From Eledone cirrhosa (Eukaryota): a DNA stretch of 64,000 nt. The stretch spans positions 111,848,001 to 111,912,000 of the forward strand of contig OZ024741.1 in NCBI GenBank assembly GCA_964016885.1, read 5' to 3'. The notes beneath the pieces are model-generated. The model searched no databases. It saw only the letters and a list, made by a program, of their open reading frames with translations, and was not told the origin of the DNA. Within the stretch, counting starts at the first letter, position 1, and the number at the start of each line of letters is the position of its first letter. A program made the position numbers and the translations under genes. This document shows, one piece after another, positions 26,731-39,956 of the stretch.

Positions 26731-26798
26731 ATGATATTGGTGTGTTGTTGTAGTGGTGGTGGTGTTAGGGCTGTTGTGTTGTAGTAGTATTAGTAGTT

Positions 26799-26846
<48 letters not shown>

Positions 26847-26880
26847 ATGGTATTGGTGTGCTGCTGTAGTGGTGGTAGTG
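26362..26880. repeat. Degenerate (GTA/GTT/GTG)n triplet minisatellite
   Basis: Direct inspection. Confidence 0.85.
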
Positions 26881-27844
26881 ATATATATGGTAACTTTAAC
26901 CCTTGTGTAGTGAGGCAGTGATAAATATTGTATTGGCAGTTATGTTGTAGCTGAAGCATTGATAGTGGTATTTAGAGTGGGGTTAGGTGTAGTGGTGGTT
27001 AATTGTAGTGGGGTTCGGTCTAGTGGTGGTATTAAGAGTGGTGTTAGGTATACTGGTGGGATTAGGCGTGGTGTTAGGTCTTGTGTTAGGTGTGGTGGTA
27101 GGGACTGTGTTATGAGTCGTTGCTTGATATGTATGTTAAGAGTGGCGTTAGAGGTGATATTGAAGTAGTAGTGTTGGGTGATTCATTCAAGTTGACCTAG
27201 AACAACAAACAACCTATCAAATATTTATGTGAAAGTCACAAGTTCTCATTACCTTATGTACACACAGATATGCAGCTTTGGTCATGTGGGGAGCCATAGC
27301 ATTGCGAAGCCATGGCATTGCGAGGACATGGCATTGTGAAGCCATAATGTATCTGTTCTACCATCTTTATGTGTTGAAGCTAAACATTGCGCGATCTACT
27401 TCGCAAGTCGTAAAACAGTTGCAAAAATGAGGATCATCGTTATCACTCGACCAAATTAAAATATATTTACCATCTTTTACACAACAATCTTTAATGCGTT
27501 ACCCTATTGTATAACCATCAGCTTGTCTATACTATTTAAATTCCAAGTGGAACAAATACTTCCCAGTTTTGGTCTTAGAATCCAGATAAGATAGTCATGA
27601 CAAATCCAAGAGAATTCAGAAAATTAGCAAAATTAGTTACCATACAGAGGGGGAAACCTGACGTTTCTAACGAATAGCTTTACATCGAAACGCCCCATCT
27701 TTTCATTTCTAGTGATAACCATACTTCTTGACAGCAATAAACTCCATTGGATATTATTTCCATTTAGCTAACGTACGCCATAACCAGCCTCCTGATTTAC
27801 ATTGTAGTAATTGACATAAGATTGAATCAGTTTCTTTGTTATAA

Positions 27845-28556
27845 ATAATTGTTTTTACTTTTGGCACAAGGCCAGCAATTATCCAAGTGTATTACTGGTC
27901 CTTTATTTTATCGACCCCGTAAGGATGAAAGGCAAAGGGGCGTAACTCTATGCTACAAAGCATAGCGTTCGACCCTCTACCGATACTGCCAATCCACCGC
28001 CCTTCTTAGTTATAAATAATGGTTTCTGGTTTAAGCAGAACGTAAAGGGACGTAACTTTATGCTGCAAAGCAATTTTGTCTGACTCTCTAACGATTCTGT
28101 CACCCAAAAATTTTCTTAATTGTGGTTCCTGATCTTAATAATGGTTTCAGATTTAAGCACAAGGCCAATTTGATGGGGAGGAGAAAGTCAATTAAATCGA
28201 CCCAGCACGTTACTGGTACTTTATTTTACCGACCCCGTAAGGATGAAATATAAAGGTGGCCCCGACAGGATTTGAACTGAGAACGTAAAGAATCGAACAA
28301 ATACTGCAAAATATGTTATCCGACGCTCTACCGATAATGCCGACCCACCACCTGGTCTCTAATTTAGGCATAAAGCCAACAATTTGCGGAGAGGGGAAAG
28401 TCGATTAAATCGATCCCAGCGTGATAATTGTACTATATTTTATTGACACCGGAGGAATGAAAGGCAGAGTTAAGAGGGCGGGATTTGGACTCAGAATTTA
28501 AAGGGATGTAACTCTATGCCGTAAGGCATTTTGTCAGACGCTCTAACGATACGGCT
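27845..28556 (-). mobile_element. Cluster of three to four family 1 SINE copies or fragments
   Basis: Repeated tttattttatcgaccccgtaaggatgaaaggcaaag / ggatttgaactcagaa segments. Confidence 0.75.
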
Positions 28557-28827
28557 AATTAACAGGCCTTTCTTAAATATGAATAATAAATCACTTTTAA
28601 ATGTATGGTGAAATAGAAATGATGATCTGTAGTAAACATAATTAAGCGTCAAGATGTCAAAATGCTGAAATTCGCAACAACACATTAAAAAACGAGAAAA
28701 CTACAAAATGCTAACATGCTTTAATTAGTGTCTAGAAATTTATTACAACAGAAATTCATTAACACACACAAAACCCCCACCCCTCACACACATACAGACA
28801 CACATACGGACATGCACAGTTCTCTTT

Positions 28828-28942
28828 GTATATATATATATATAAACATATGTATATATATGTATATACATGTATATATATGTATGTATATATATATGTA
28901 TATATATATACATGTATATATATGTATATATATGTATGTATG

Positions 28943-28978
<36 letters not shown>

Positions 28979-29112
28979 TATATATATATAAATATATATA
29001 TATATATGAATATATATGTGTACATATATGCATGTATATAGCTTTAATTTTGATATATGAATATATGTATATATATATATTAAATACATATATATGTATA
29101 TGTATATGTATG

Positions 29113-29154
<42 letters not shown>

Positions 29155-29199
29155 AGTATATATATATATACATATATATACATATACATATACATATAC

Positions 29200-29230
<31 letters not shown>

Positions 29231-29295
29231 CATGTACATATATATATACATATGTACACACACATATATACATATACGTATATATATAATAATGT

Positions 29296-29358
<63 letters not shown>

Positions 29359-29381
29359 GATATACGTATGTATATACATAC

Positions 29382-29480
<99 letters not shown>

Positions 29481-29544
29481 ACTTTGATAACTTTGATAGG
29501 TTTCGGCATATATATATATATCGATATATATATAAATATAAATG

Positions 29545-29612
<68 letters not shown>

Positions 29613-30101
29613 TATACATACGTATATGTACGTGTGTATATATATATATATGTGTATATATATATATATACATATGTATGTACATATGTAAAAGTATATA
29701 CATACGTATATGTATATATCTGTGTATATATATATATATATGTATATATATATGTACATATATATATGTATAAATATATATATGTATATATGTATATGTA
29801 TATGTATATATATGTATATATATATATACATACATATATATATATATACATATATACATATATACATACATATACATATATATATATATATTTATATATA
29901 TGTATATATATGTTTATTTATATATATATGTATATGTATATATACATATATATAGACATATATACATGCATATATATATATGTGCATATATATAAATGTA
30001 TGTATGTATATATATATATATATATATACATATATACATATATATATGTATATATATGTATATATATATATAAAAAACATGAGAAGAAAGAAGAATACTG
30101 A

Positions 30102-30132
<31 letters not shown>
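28828..30132. repeat. Compound (TA)n/(TATG)n microsatellite
   Basis: Direct inspection; similar large tracts at 37344-38088, 41205-42300 and 45020-45600. Confidence 0.95.
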
Positions 30133-33100
30133 TGTAGGAGGTGAGTTTTATTGTAGTACAATAAAGCAATGCAGATATCGGATAAGAAGCACTCTACTGT
30201 TTGTGGGACTGGAGTATGCATAATATAAGATCAAAAGATGGTTAAAGGAGTTCCATATATTTTATTATGCGCATTTCAAAAACAAACATCATCAAGCAAT
30301 AATATTTGTGTTTTCATCAGATAAAACAGGAGAACATGATATGAAGGCTAAAAAACACTTGTTGATAGTGCAGTTTTAAATCAACATATGAAAAGTGGTT
30401 TTAGATTGATGTGTGATATTGGGAAAAATATTTTATTTAGAGAGGGGGGGGGGGGGAGGATGAGAAGGGAAGGAGATGAGAGGGAGAGATGGGTGATAGA
30501 GAGAAAGAGATAGTTTTTATAACTGAGAGGAGATATATTTTTTATATAGAGGGGTTGAAAACCGTTGGAAGATACTGTATAAATTAAAAATTTTGAAAAT
30601 TAACGAAGGGGGGATATGTGCGAGGAAAAAATATTTTATTTAGGGAGGGGGGGGGGGGGAAGGATGAAAAAAAGGGGGAGGAGATGAGAGTGAAGGTGGA
30701 GAGGGAGAGATGGGTGATAGAGAGAAAGAGATAGTTTTTATAACTGAGAAAAAGATATATTGTTTTAATATAGAGAGGTTGGGAACCGTTGGAAGATAAT
30801 GTATAAATTAAAGGAATTTGAAAATTAACGAAGGGAAATTATGTATGAAGATAGAGAGAAAAAAATAATAATTGTGGGTGAATATTCTAACGTCAAAAGA
30901 AGAAATGTATGTATTGTGGCAATTTCAAAATTAGCAAAGAGAGAAATGTTAAGGTTTATGTGTAGAAGGATTTGAGAAAAATAATGTGAAGTTAAAGTTT
31001 GTATATTGAATTCATATGTATTAATAATGAGTTCGTTGATGGGGAGAAAAAAATAATAATAAATTAAGGATGAAATTGAGATTAAAAAGATTTATGATAG
31101 AGAGAAAAAATAATAATGATTGCGGATGAATATTCAAAATGTCAAAAACAAATGTTATTGTTTTACGAGAAGATAGAATGAGGGTAATGAGTAAACGAAT
31201 ATTATAGAGTGTATAATGCCCTTTAAAGTAAGGTAGATGGGTATATTTTAAAGAGGTGTATGTATATGTGCCTTTGAGAAAAGATTCTAAATTGATAAAG
31301 AATTGAATATTAACTGTATACTTTGTGAAAAGTTCTATGGAATTTATGCAGGCAGATAGAAAACAAATCTGAGCGTCTATTTATTATGGATTCTAGGTTA
31401 GAGATAATGGTAAATTTTTCATTTAGGCAGAGATTACAGATTTTAGATAGAGAGCTGTTCAAGTATGAGGATGCAGAAGAAATCTTTTTCCAAAAGATGC
31501 TATATTTAATGTTTTTGTCTTTTAAGGACCATATGAGTTCTGAGAGAGCAGTGTTAGTTCTTTTAAGTTTGTATTTGAAAGATGAATGATGATTATAGAG
31601 ACGAGCTTTAAAAGAGGTGGAAGTGGAGCCAAAATAAAATCAAATATAATAAAGAAACAAATTCTAGGAAAACTTACAGTAGAATAATTAATCATAACCA
31701 TTCCAATAATTTTAATAAAAGACCTAGATACAAAAACATAATCTGGTATAACGCTCCTTTCTCCATCTCTATTAATAACAATATTCCTAAATTATTTTTT
31801 AGTGCCTTAAATAAATGCTTCCCTCCCTCATATCTATAGTAAAATATTTAACAAACACACCATCAAATTTTCGTATTCTACATCCTCCAATATTTCCAAC
31901 ATCATCTCTAAACACAACAACAAAATATTAAATACTAAATCTCTTCCTTCCAATATTGAATTTCATAATAACAGTAATAGTACTCCCGACGTCATTGTAA
32001 ACCCTAGGCTAACTTCTGTAAACCCAAATACAACGTCAAACACAACTTCGCTAAATGTTCATAATCCAACTCTAAATCAAGAAACTATTATTCCTATTAT
32101 TCCTATCGCAAACAACTTCTCCAATCCAATTCCTTCTATAGATAACACTAGATCACTCATTAATAATCTCTCTAATTGCAACTGCCGCATTAAAAATAAA
32201 TGTCCTCTCAACAACCATTGCCTCGATAAAAACTTAATTTATGAATGTAAAATTATAACTAGCACCAATTCCTTCACCTATTTTGGCTCCACTTCCACCT
32301 CTTTTAAAGCTCGTCTCTATAATCATCATTCATCTTTCAAATACAAACTTAAAAGAACTAACACTGCTCTCTCAGAACTCATATGGTCCTTAAAAGACAA
32401 AAACATTAAATATAGCATCTTTTGGAAAAAGATTTCTTCTGCATCCTCATACTTGAACAGCTCTCTATCTAAAATCTGTAATCTCTGCCTAAATGAAAAA
32501 TTTACCATTATCTCTAACCTAGAATCCATAATAAATAGACGCTCAGATTTGTTTTCTATCTGCCTGCATAAATTCCATAGAACTTTTCACAAAGTATACA
32601 GTTAATATTCAATTCTTTATCAATTTAGAATCTTTTCTCAAAGGCACATATACATACACCTCTTTAAAATATACCCATCTACCTTACTTTAAAGGGCATT
32701 ATACACTCTATAATACTCGTTTACTCATTACCCTCATTCTATCTTCTCGTAAAACAATAACATTTGTTTTTGACATTTTGAATATTCATCCGCAATCATT
32801 ATTATTTTTTCTCTCTATCATAAATCTTTTTAATCTCAATTTCATCCTTAATTTATTATTATTTTTTTCTCCCCATCAACGAACTCATTATTAATACATA
32901 TGAATTCAATATACAAACTTTAACTTCACATTATTTTTCTCAAATCCTTCTACACATAAACCTTAACATTTCTCTCTTTGCTAATTTTGAAATTGCCACA
33001 ATACATACATTTCTTCTTTTGACGTTAGAATATTCACCCACAATTATTATTTTTTTCTCTCTATCTTCATACATAATTTCCCTTCGTTAATTTTCAAATT

Positions 33101-33584
33101 CCTTTAATTTATACATTATCTTCCAACGGTTCCCAACCTCTCTATATTAAAACAATATATCTTTTTCTCAGTTATAAAAACTATCTCTTTCTCTCTATCA
33201 CCCATCTCTCCCTCTCCACCTTCACTCTCATCTCCTCCCCCTTTTTTTCATCCTTTCCACCCCCCCCTCCCTAAATAAAATATTTTTTCCTCGCACATAT
33301 CCCCCCTTCGTTAATTTTCAAAATCTTTAATTTATACAGTATCTTCCAACGGTTTTCAACCCCTCTATATAAAAAATATATCTCCTCTCAGTTATAAAAA
33401 CTATCTCTTTCTCTCTATCACCCATCTCTCCCTCTCATCTCCTTCCCTTCTCATCCTCCCCCCCCCCTCTCTAAATAAAATATTTTTCCCAATATCACAC
33501 ATCAATCTAAAACCACTTTTCATATGTTGATTTAAAACTGCACTATCAACAAGTGTTTTTTAGCCTTCTTATCATGTTCTCCTG

Positions 33585-33651
33585 TTTTATCTGATGAAAA
33601 CACAAATATTATTGCTTGATGATGTTTGTTTTTGAAATGCGCATAATAAAA
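33585..33651 (+). ncRNA. Type I hammerhead, palindromic stem III (also 37239-37305 +, 30260-30326 -, 49559-49625 +)
   Basis: ttttat-CTGATGA-aaac acaaatattatt gctt gatgatgtttgt tttt-GAAA-tgcgca-TA-ataaaa. Confidence 0.8.
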
Positions 33652-33797
33652 TATATGGAACTCCTTTAACCATCTTTTGATCTTATATTATGCATACTCC
33701 AGTCCCACAAACTGTAGAGTGCTTCTTATCCGATATCTGCATTGCTTTATTGTACTACAATAAAACTCACCTCCTACATTAACTTGCTCCTTAACGG

Positions 33798-35492
33798 TTG
33801 AGCGCTTACTCTCATATTGGATACCTTTTGATGGTCCTTCACCTCTTCTTCTACAACATGGATTATTACAACATAACCAATTCAACTAAAGACATTCCTA
33901 TACCTGGTAAATCTGAATTCACCAAACTTCTTATTGAAAAAACTGACTCCTTCGTAAGAAGACTTAGATGGACAGCCTATTTCTATGACCAGCGCCTAAA
34001 AGGGAACTTTCATACCAAAGAACACAACTTCCTCGATCATCTTTTTAATTCTAGACGAAATCCTCCTTCCAACAAAAATCTAGCACAATTCGAGGAAGAA
34101 TTAACTAAAATAATAAAAAATCTTAAATTCAAGAGATACCCTTACAAAGGACAAGAGCACCTTGTAAATCTCAAGAACACAATCTCTAACCTAAATTCCT
34201 CAAAAAATGTTTTAGTCCACTCTGACAAAACCAATAACCTATATGGTATTTCCAAGGATAATTATAACAACCTTATCCTAAAGGAACTTAGGAAAAAGTA
34301 TCGTAAAACCAACCATGAAAATTTAGAATGCATAAACCTTGAAGCCTATGAGATTATGTCAAAACTTGGCATTGAAAAAAAGACCGAACCATTCCTCCCA
34401 AGAACTCCGAGGATAAATCTCAAGGATCACAAAAACAATTTTCGCACTGAACTACCTGTTAGATTAATCGCCCCCTCTAAATCTGATCTGGGGGTTGTTA
34501 GTAAAGCCATCTTGGATAGGATTATCCCACAGGTTAGTTCTAATTGCTCTTCTTTAAACCTAAATTTATGGTTTGGTACTTCTGAAGTGATTGGCTGGTT
34601 CAACAAATTGGATAATAAAAACAAAATAAAATTTATTCAATTCGATATTGCCAGCTACTATTCCTCCATTTCGCCTTCACTTCTCAATAATGCTCTATCT
34701 TTCGCACTTAAATATTCTGACATCACCACAGATGAACTTCACATCATCCTCACCGCACGTAAAACCATCCTAGAGTTCAACAACGAATATTGGACCAGAG
34801 CCGATACCTCTAACAACTTCGACATCACAATGGGAGCATCCGATTCATCCCAATTGACTGATTTAATTGGTATCTTCATTTTGAACTCTTTGAGTCGGAA
34901 AATTCCTCAACTTCGCGGTGGAATTTATCGTGACGATGGACTCTTTACTATCCTAAATTGCACTATAGTTAAACTTAATATTATTAAGAACAATATACGT
35001 AATCTCTTTAACCAACATAACCTAAAAATTGAATTTGATAATAGTATCAAACTAGCTAATTTCTTGGATGTATCTCTTAATCTTGACACTGGCCTATATT
35101 ACCCTTACCATAAAAACAATGAGAATCTTAATTATGTTAACTTTAAATCTAACCATCCTACCAATATCAAGAATGCTATAGTTAATAATATTGGAAATAG
35201 AATATCTAACATATCTTCTAATAAAAACATCTTTGATGCTAACGCCAATTACTATAATAACGCACTTTCTAAAGCCGGCTATCCAGATAAAATCAAATAT
35301 AATAAAGAAACAAATTCTAGGAAAACTTACAGTAGAATAATTAATCATAACCATTCCAATAATTTTAATAAAAGACCTAGATACAAAAACATAATCTGGT
35401 ATAACGCTCCTTTCTCCATCTCTATTAATAACAATATTCCTAAATTATTTTTTAGTGCCTTAAATAAATGCTTCCCTCCCTCATATCTATAG
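33798..35492 (+). CDS. PLE reverse transcriptase (likely start ATG 33858)
   Basis: STKDIPIP, RRLRW, SDKT, LKDHK, VRLIAP, QFDIASYYSSI, ITMG, YRDDGL, NFLDV, YHK, SNHP. Confidence 0.9.
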   Translation: MSAYSHIGYLLMVLHLFFYNMDYYNITNSTKDIPIPGKSEFTKLLIEKTDSFVRRLRWTAYFYDQRLKGNFHTKEHNFLDHLFNSRRNPPSNKNLAQFEEELTKIIKNLKFKRYPYKGQEHLVNLKNTISNLNSSKNVLVHSDKTNNLYGISKDNYNNLILKELRKKYRKTNHENLECINLEAYEIMSKLGIEKKTEPFLPRTPRINLKDHKNNFRTELPVRLIAPSKSDLGVVSKAILDRIIPQVSSNCSSLNLNLWFGTSEVIGWFNKLDNKNKIKFIQFDIASYYSSISPSLLNNALSFALKYSDITTDELHIILTARKTILEFNNEYWTRADTSNNFDITMGASDSSQLTDLIGIFILNSLSRKIPQLRGGIYRDDGLFTILNCTIVKLNIIKNNIRNLFNQHNLKIEFDNSIKLANFLDVSLNLDTGLYYPYHKNNENLNYVNFKSNHPTNIKNAIVNNIGNRISNISSNKNIFDANANYYNNALSKAGYPDKIKYNKETNSRKTYSRIINHNHSNNFNKRPRYKNIIWYNAPFSISINNNIPKLFFSALNKCFPPSYL

Positions 35493-36258
35493 TAAAATAT
35501 TTAACAAACACACCATCAAATTTTCGTATTCTACATCCTCCAATATTTCCAACATCATCTCTAAACACAACAACAAAATATTAAATACTAAATCTCTTCC
35601 TTCCAATATTGAATTTCATAATAACAGTAATAGTACTCCCGACGTCATTGTAAACCCTAGGCTAACTTCTGTAAACCCAAATACAACGTCAAACACAACT
35701 TCGCTAAATGTTCATAATCCAACTCTAAATCAAGAAACTATTATTCCTATTATTCCTATCGCAAACAACTTCTCCAATCCAATTCCTTCTATAGATAACA
35801 CTAGATCACTCATTAATAATCTCTCTAATTGCAACTGCCGCATTAAAAATAAATGTCCTCTCAACAACCATTGCCTCGATAAAAACTTAATTTATGAATG
35901 TAAAATTATAACTAGCACCAATTCCTTCACCTATTTTGGCTCCACTTCCACCTCTTTTAAAGCTCGTCTCTATAATCATCATTCATCTTTCAAATACAAA
36001 CTTAAAAGAACTAACACTGCTCTCTCAGAACTCATATGGTCCTTAAAAGACAAAAACATTAAATATAGCATCTTTTGGAAAAAGATTTCTTCTGCATCCT
36101 CATACTTGAACAGCTCTCTATCTAAAATCTGTAATCTCTGCCTAAATGAAAAATTTACCATTATCTCTAACCTAGAATCCATAATAAATAGACGCTCAGA
36201 TTTGTTTTCTATCTGCCTGCATAAATTCCATAGAACTTTTCACAAAGTATACAGTTAA
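35488..36258 (+). CDS. GIY-YIG endonuclease part in the +1 frame (not in the ORF track)
   Basis: Manual translation: YSKIFNKHTIKFSYST...CNCRIKNKCPLNNHCLDKNLIYECK...YFGSTSTSFKARLYNHHSSF...CNLCLNEK...CLH, stop 36256-36258. Confidence 0.85.
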   Translation, partial: YSKIFNKHTIKFSYSTSSNISNIISKHNNKILNTKSLPSNIEFHNNSNSTPDVIVNPRLTSVNPNTTSNTTSLNVHNPTLNQETIIPIIPIANNFSNPIPSIDNTRSLINNLSNCNCRIKNKCPLNNHCLDKNLIYECKIITSTNSFTYFGSTSTSFKARLYNHHSSFKYKLKRTNTALSELIWSLKDKNIKYSIFWKKISSASSYLNSSLSKICNLCLNEKFTIISNLESIINRRSDLFSICLHKFHRTFHKVYS

Positions 36259-37456
36259 TATTCAATTCTTTATCAATTTAGAATCTTTTCTCAAAGGCAC
36301 ATATACATACACCTCTTTAAAATATACCCATCTACCTTACTTTAAAGGGCATTATACACTCTATAATACTCGTTTACTCATTACCCTCATTCTATCTTCT
36401 CGTACAACAATAACATTTGTTTTTGACATTTTGAATATTCATCCGCAATCATTATTATTTTTTCTCTCTATCATAAATCTTTTTAATCTCAATTTCATCC
36501 TTAATTTATTATTATTTCTTTCTCCCCATCAACGAACTCATTATTAATACATATGAATTCAATATACAAACTTTAACTTCACATTATTTTTCTCAAATCC
36601 TTCTACACATAAACCTTAACATTTCTCTCTTTGCTAATTTTGAAATTGCCACAATACATACATTTCTTCTTTTGACGTTAGAATATTCACCCACAATTAT
36701 TATTTTTTTCTCTCTATCTTCATACATAATTTCCCTTCGTTAATTTTCAAATTCCTTTAATTTATACATTATCTTCCAACGGTTCCCAACCTCTCTATAT
36801 TAAAACAATATATCTTTTTCTCAGTTATAAAAACTATCTCTTTCTCTCTATCACCCATCTCTCCCTCTGCACCTTCACTCTCATCTCCTCCCCCTTTTTT
36901 TCATCCTTTCCACCCCCCCCTCCCTAAATAAAATATTTTTTCCTCGCACATATCCCCCTTCGTTAATTTTCAAAATTTTTAATTTATACAGTATCTTCCA
37001 ACGGTTTTCAACCCCTCTATATAAAAAATATATCTCCTCTCAGTTATAAAAACTATCTCTTTCTCTCTATCACCCATCTCTCCCTCTCATCTCCTTCCCT
37101 TCTCATCCTTTCCCCCCCCCCTCTCTAAATAAAATATTTTTCCCAATATCACACATCAATCTAAAACCACTTTTCATATGTTGATTTAAAACTGCACTAT
37201 CAACAAGTGTTTTTTAGCCTTCATATCATGTTCTCCTGTTTTATCTGATGAAAACACAAATATTATTGCTTGATGATGTTTGTTTTTGAAATGCGCATAA
37301 TAAAATATATGGAACTCCTTTAACCATCTTTTGATCTTATATTATATACATATATATATATGTATATATATATATATAGATATACATATATATAGCAATA
37401 TATACATGTATGTTTATATGTATGTATACATACATACACACACATATATGTATATG

Positions 37457-37496
<40 letters not shown>

Positions 37497-37643
37497 AACA
37501 TAATACATATACATATGTATATATATATGTATATATATATATCTTCATGTATCTAGGTATATATATGTATATATGTATATATATATATATACAACCATAA
37601 TATATATTTATATGTACATAATATATATATATATATTATTATG

Positions 37644-37878
<235 letters not shown>

Positions 37879-37888
37879 GTATATGTAT

Positions 37889-37974
<86 letters not shown>

Positions 37975-37981
37975 GTATATG

Positions 37982-38082
<101 letters not shown>

Positions 38083-38380
38083 GTATATAAAGAAATAAAT
38101 GTTGGTTAATTAATTTTCAGCGTAGTGATATTTTTGAAAAAATCAACTCTTTATTTGTTTAACTTCTGTGATATTTCTACTGTTTACTGTAAAGTTGCAC
38201 TCCATGACCTAACTACTTGTGTCAAACAAATCTTCCACAGTGAACATATTCAGGAAGCCGTCTTTTCCAGCTAATCTAATTCTTATCCTCCTTCTTAAGA
38301 AAATTTGTAAATTATATGTTTGGAGCTTTGCTACCTATTTATTTTTTTCAATTGTCATTCTTTCAGATGTCATGAATAAA

Positions 38381-38518
38381 GTCTTCTTCTTCTTCTTCTT
38401 CTTCTTCTTCTTCTTCTTCTTCTTCTTCTTCTTCTTCTTCTTCTTCTTCTTCTTCTTCTTCTTCTTCTTCTTCTTCTTCTTCTTCTTCTTCTTCTTCTTC
38501 TTCTTCTTCTTCTTCTTC
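38381..38518. repeat. Pure (TTC)n microsatellite
   Basis: Direct inspection. Confidence 0.95.
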
Positions 38519-38525
38519 ACACTGT

Positions 38526-39235
38526 TCATGAGCTATCAGAATCGACAATCTCCTTGCATGTATTAGTAAGACACTTAGTATATATTTTACCGGGGAAGCT
38601 TAACAAGGAGATCCCTCTATAATTGGAGCAATTTCTCTTGTCTCCCTTGTTGAAAAGGGGCATCATCACTCCCGGTTGCCATTGCTTAGGTGCTTTTCCA
38701 GAGAACAGGCCACCCAACACGCACGAGTCAGCTAGAGAATACCTTCTCTATTTAAAGCATTTATCCGTTTCTGAGATATTAGTCATCGTTCTCAGATATA
38801 CCTCATGAACATCAGAAGATTCTGTTGTGATCGAGTTTAGGAGATCAGCAAAGTATTCTCTCCACCTCGCGCTGATGCACCTTTCTGAAGAGAGAAGAGC
38901 CCCAGACGCATTCCTGATAGCATGTGTGGAGGAGGACCTATTACGAAGTTGCCTGAACACTTCATTTGCTGATCTGATGTCGGATTCCAGCTGAATCTGA
39001 AAGTCCTTCCATATCTTAATTTTGGGCGCCTTTACTGTCTCTGCTGCGATTGTTTGTGCTTTTATGTACCGAAAGTTCAAGGTGGACTTATTTCCAAGCC
39101 ACTCTTTGTAAGCTTCCTCCTTTCATTGGATGGCATCTTTGACCTCTTGATTGAACTAAGCGGTCCTCTTGGTATCAAGCGCCACACCAAGCCTCTTTCG
39201 CCCGCAGTATTTAACAGCTGGTGATCAGTTGACAG
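38526..39235 (-). pseudogene. Non-LTR retrotransposon (RTE-like) ORF remnant
   Basis: ARWREYFADLLN and PKQWQPGVMMPLFNKGDKRNCSNYRGISLLSFPGKIY (RT domains 1-2). Confidence 0.8.
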
Positions 39236-39777
39236 CTTAGCCCCTCTCTTAACACGAACATCAGCATGAAAACGAAGATATCAGAGACAATAACAAAATC
39301 AATTATTGATCTCTGTCCCTTATTCTCCTTATACCATGTACGAGGGCCAGTCAAGAAGTAATGCCTTTTGTTTTATTGCAAAAAAAAAAAAAAAAAAGAA
39401 CAAAACAAAATGTATTACGTATTAGAAGCTGGTCGTCTCTAACAGAACGGCTTTTAACTTCTCAGGCCGAACTTCATTCTCACCAGAGGCCTTGGCACAT
39501 TTGACCTCTTTAATTGCTCTGGTGCCGCCAGCCTGCGAAAGGTTAGTCATTGCTCCTAGATGCATCTCGTATACATCAGAAGATGCTGTTGTGATTGGGT
39601 TTAAGAGATCAGCAATGTAGAGGGCTGAGGTTTAGTTGATCAAGCTGTAGGGTATCTCGGATACCCTACATCTGTGCTGAGACTGGGTCTCACTATCATG
39701 ATCTTGGCTATAGAGAAGATGGCGTCGAAGGAATTGGGAATAGGGCATGAAGTGTTTGATGTGGGTAGGATTGGAAA

Positions 39778-39956
39778 ATAATTGTTTCTAATTTTGGCAC
39801 AAGGCCAGCAATTTCCCAGTGTATTACTGGTACTTTATTTTATCGACCCCGTAAGGATGAAAGGCAAAGTTAACCTCGGCGGGATTTGAACTCAGAATGG
39901 CAAGGGCCGTAACTCTATGCGTCAAAGCATGGCGTCCGACCCTCTACCGATACTGG
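39778..39956 (-). mobile_element. Family 1 SINE
   Basis: Near-identical to 60424-60617. Confidence 0.85.

Larger units (their letters stand above)
30133..37343 (+). mobile_element. Penelope-like retroelement (tentatively Hydra-clade-like): inverted + partial tandem + full copy
   Basis: 30133-31640 is an inverted 3' copy; 31641-33690 is a direct copy of 35289-37343; the full ORF unit follows; all copies are near-identical; flanked by (TA)n. Confidence 0.92.

Noticed and set aside
28728-30221. Long YI/CV/HT-repeat ORFs here and throughout the window
   Set aside because: These are translations of dinucleotide microsatellites that lack stop codons.
30133-33690. Inverted and tandem copies as assembly chimeras
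   Set aside because: Copies differ by scattered substitutions, and the architecture matches known PLE insertions and recurs in many families; not fully excludable without reads.
31386-36182. 67-aa ORF MDSRLEIMV... in three copies
   Set aside because: It is antisense to the GIY-YIG coding region of the triplicated PLE segment.
39339-39560. Second mariner element starting tacgagggccagtcaagaagt
   Set aside because: No matching right TIR or transposase relic was found.
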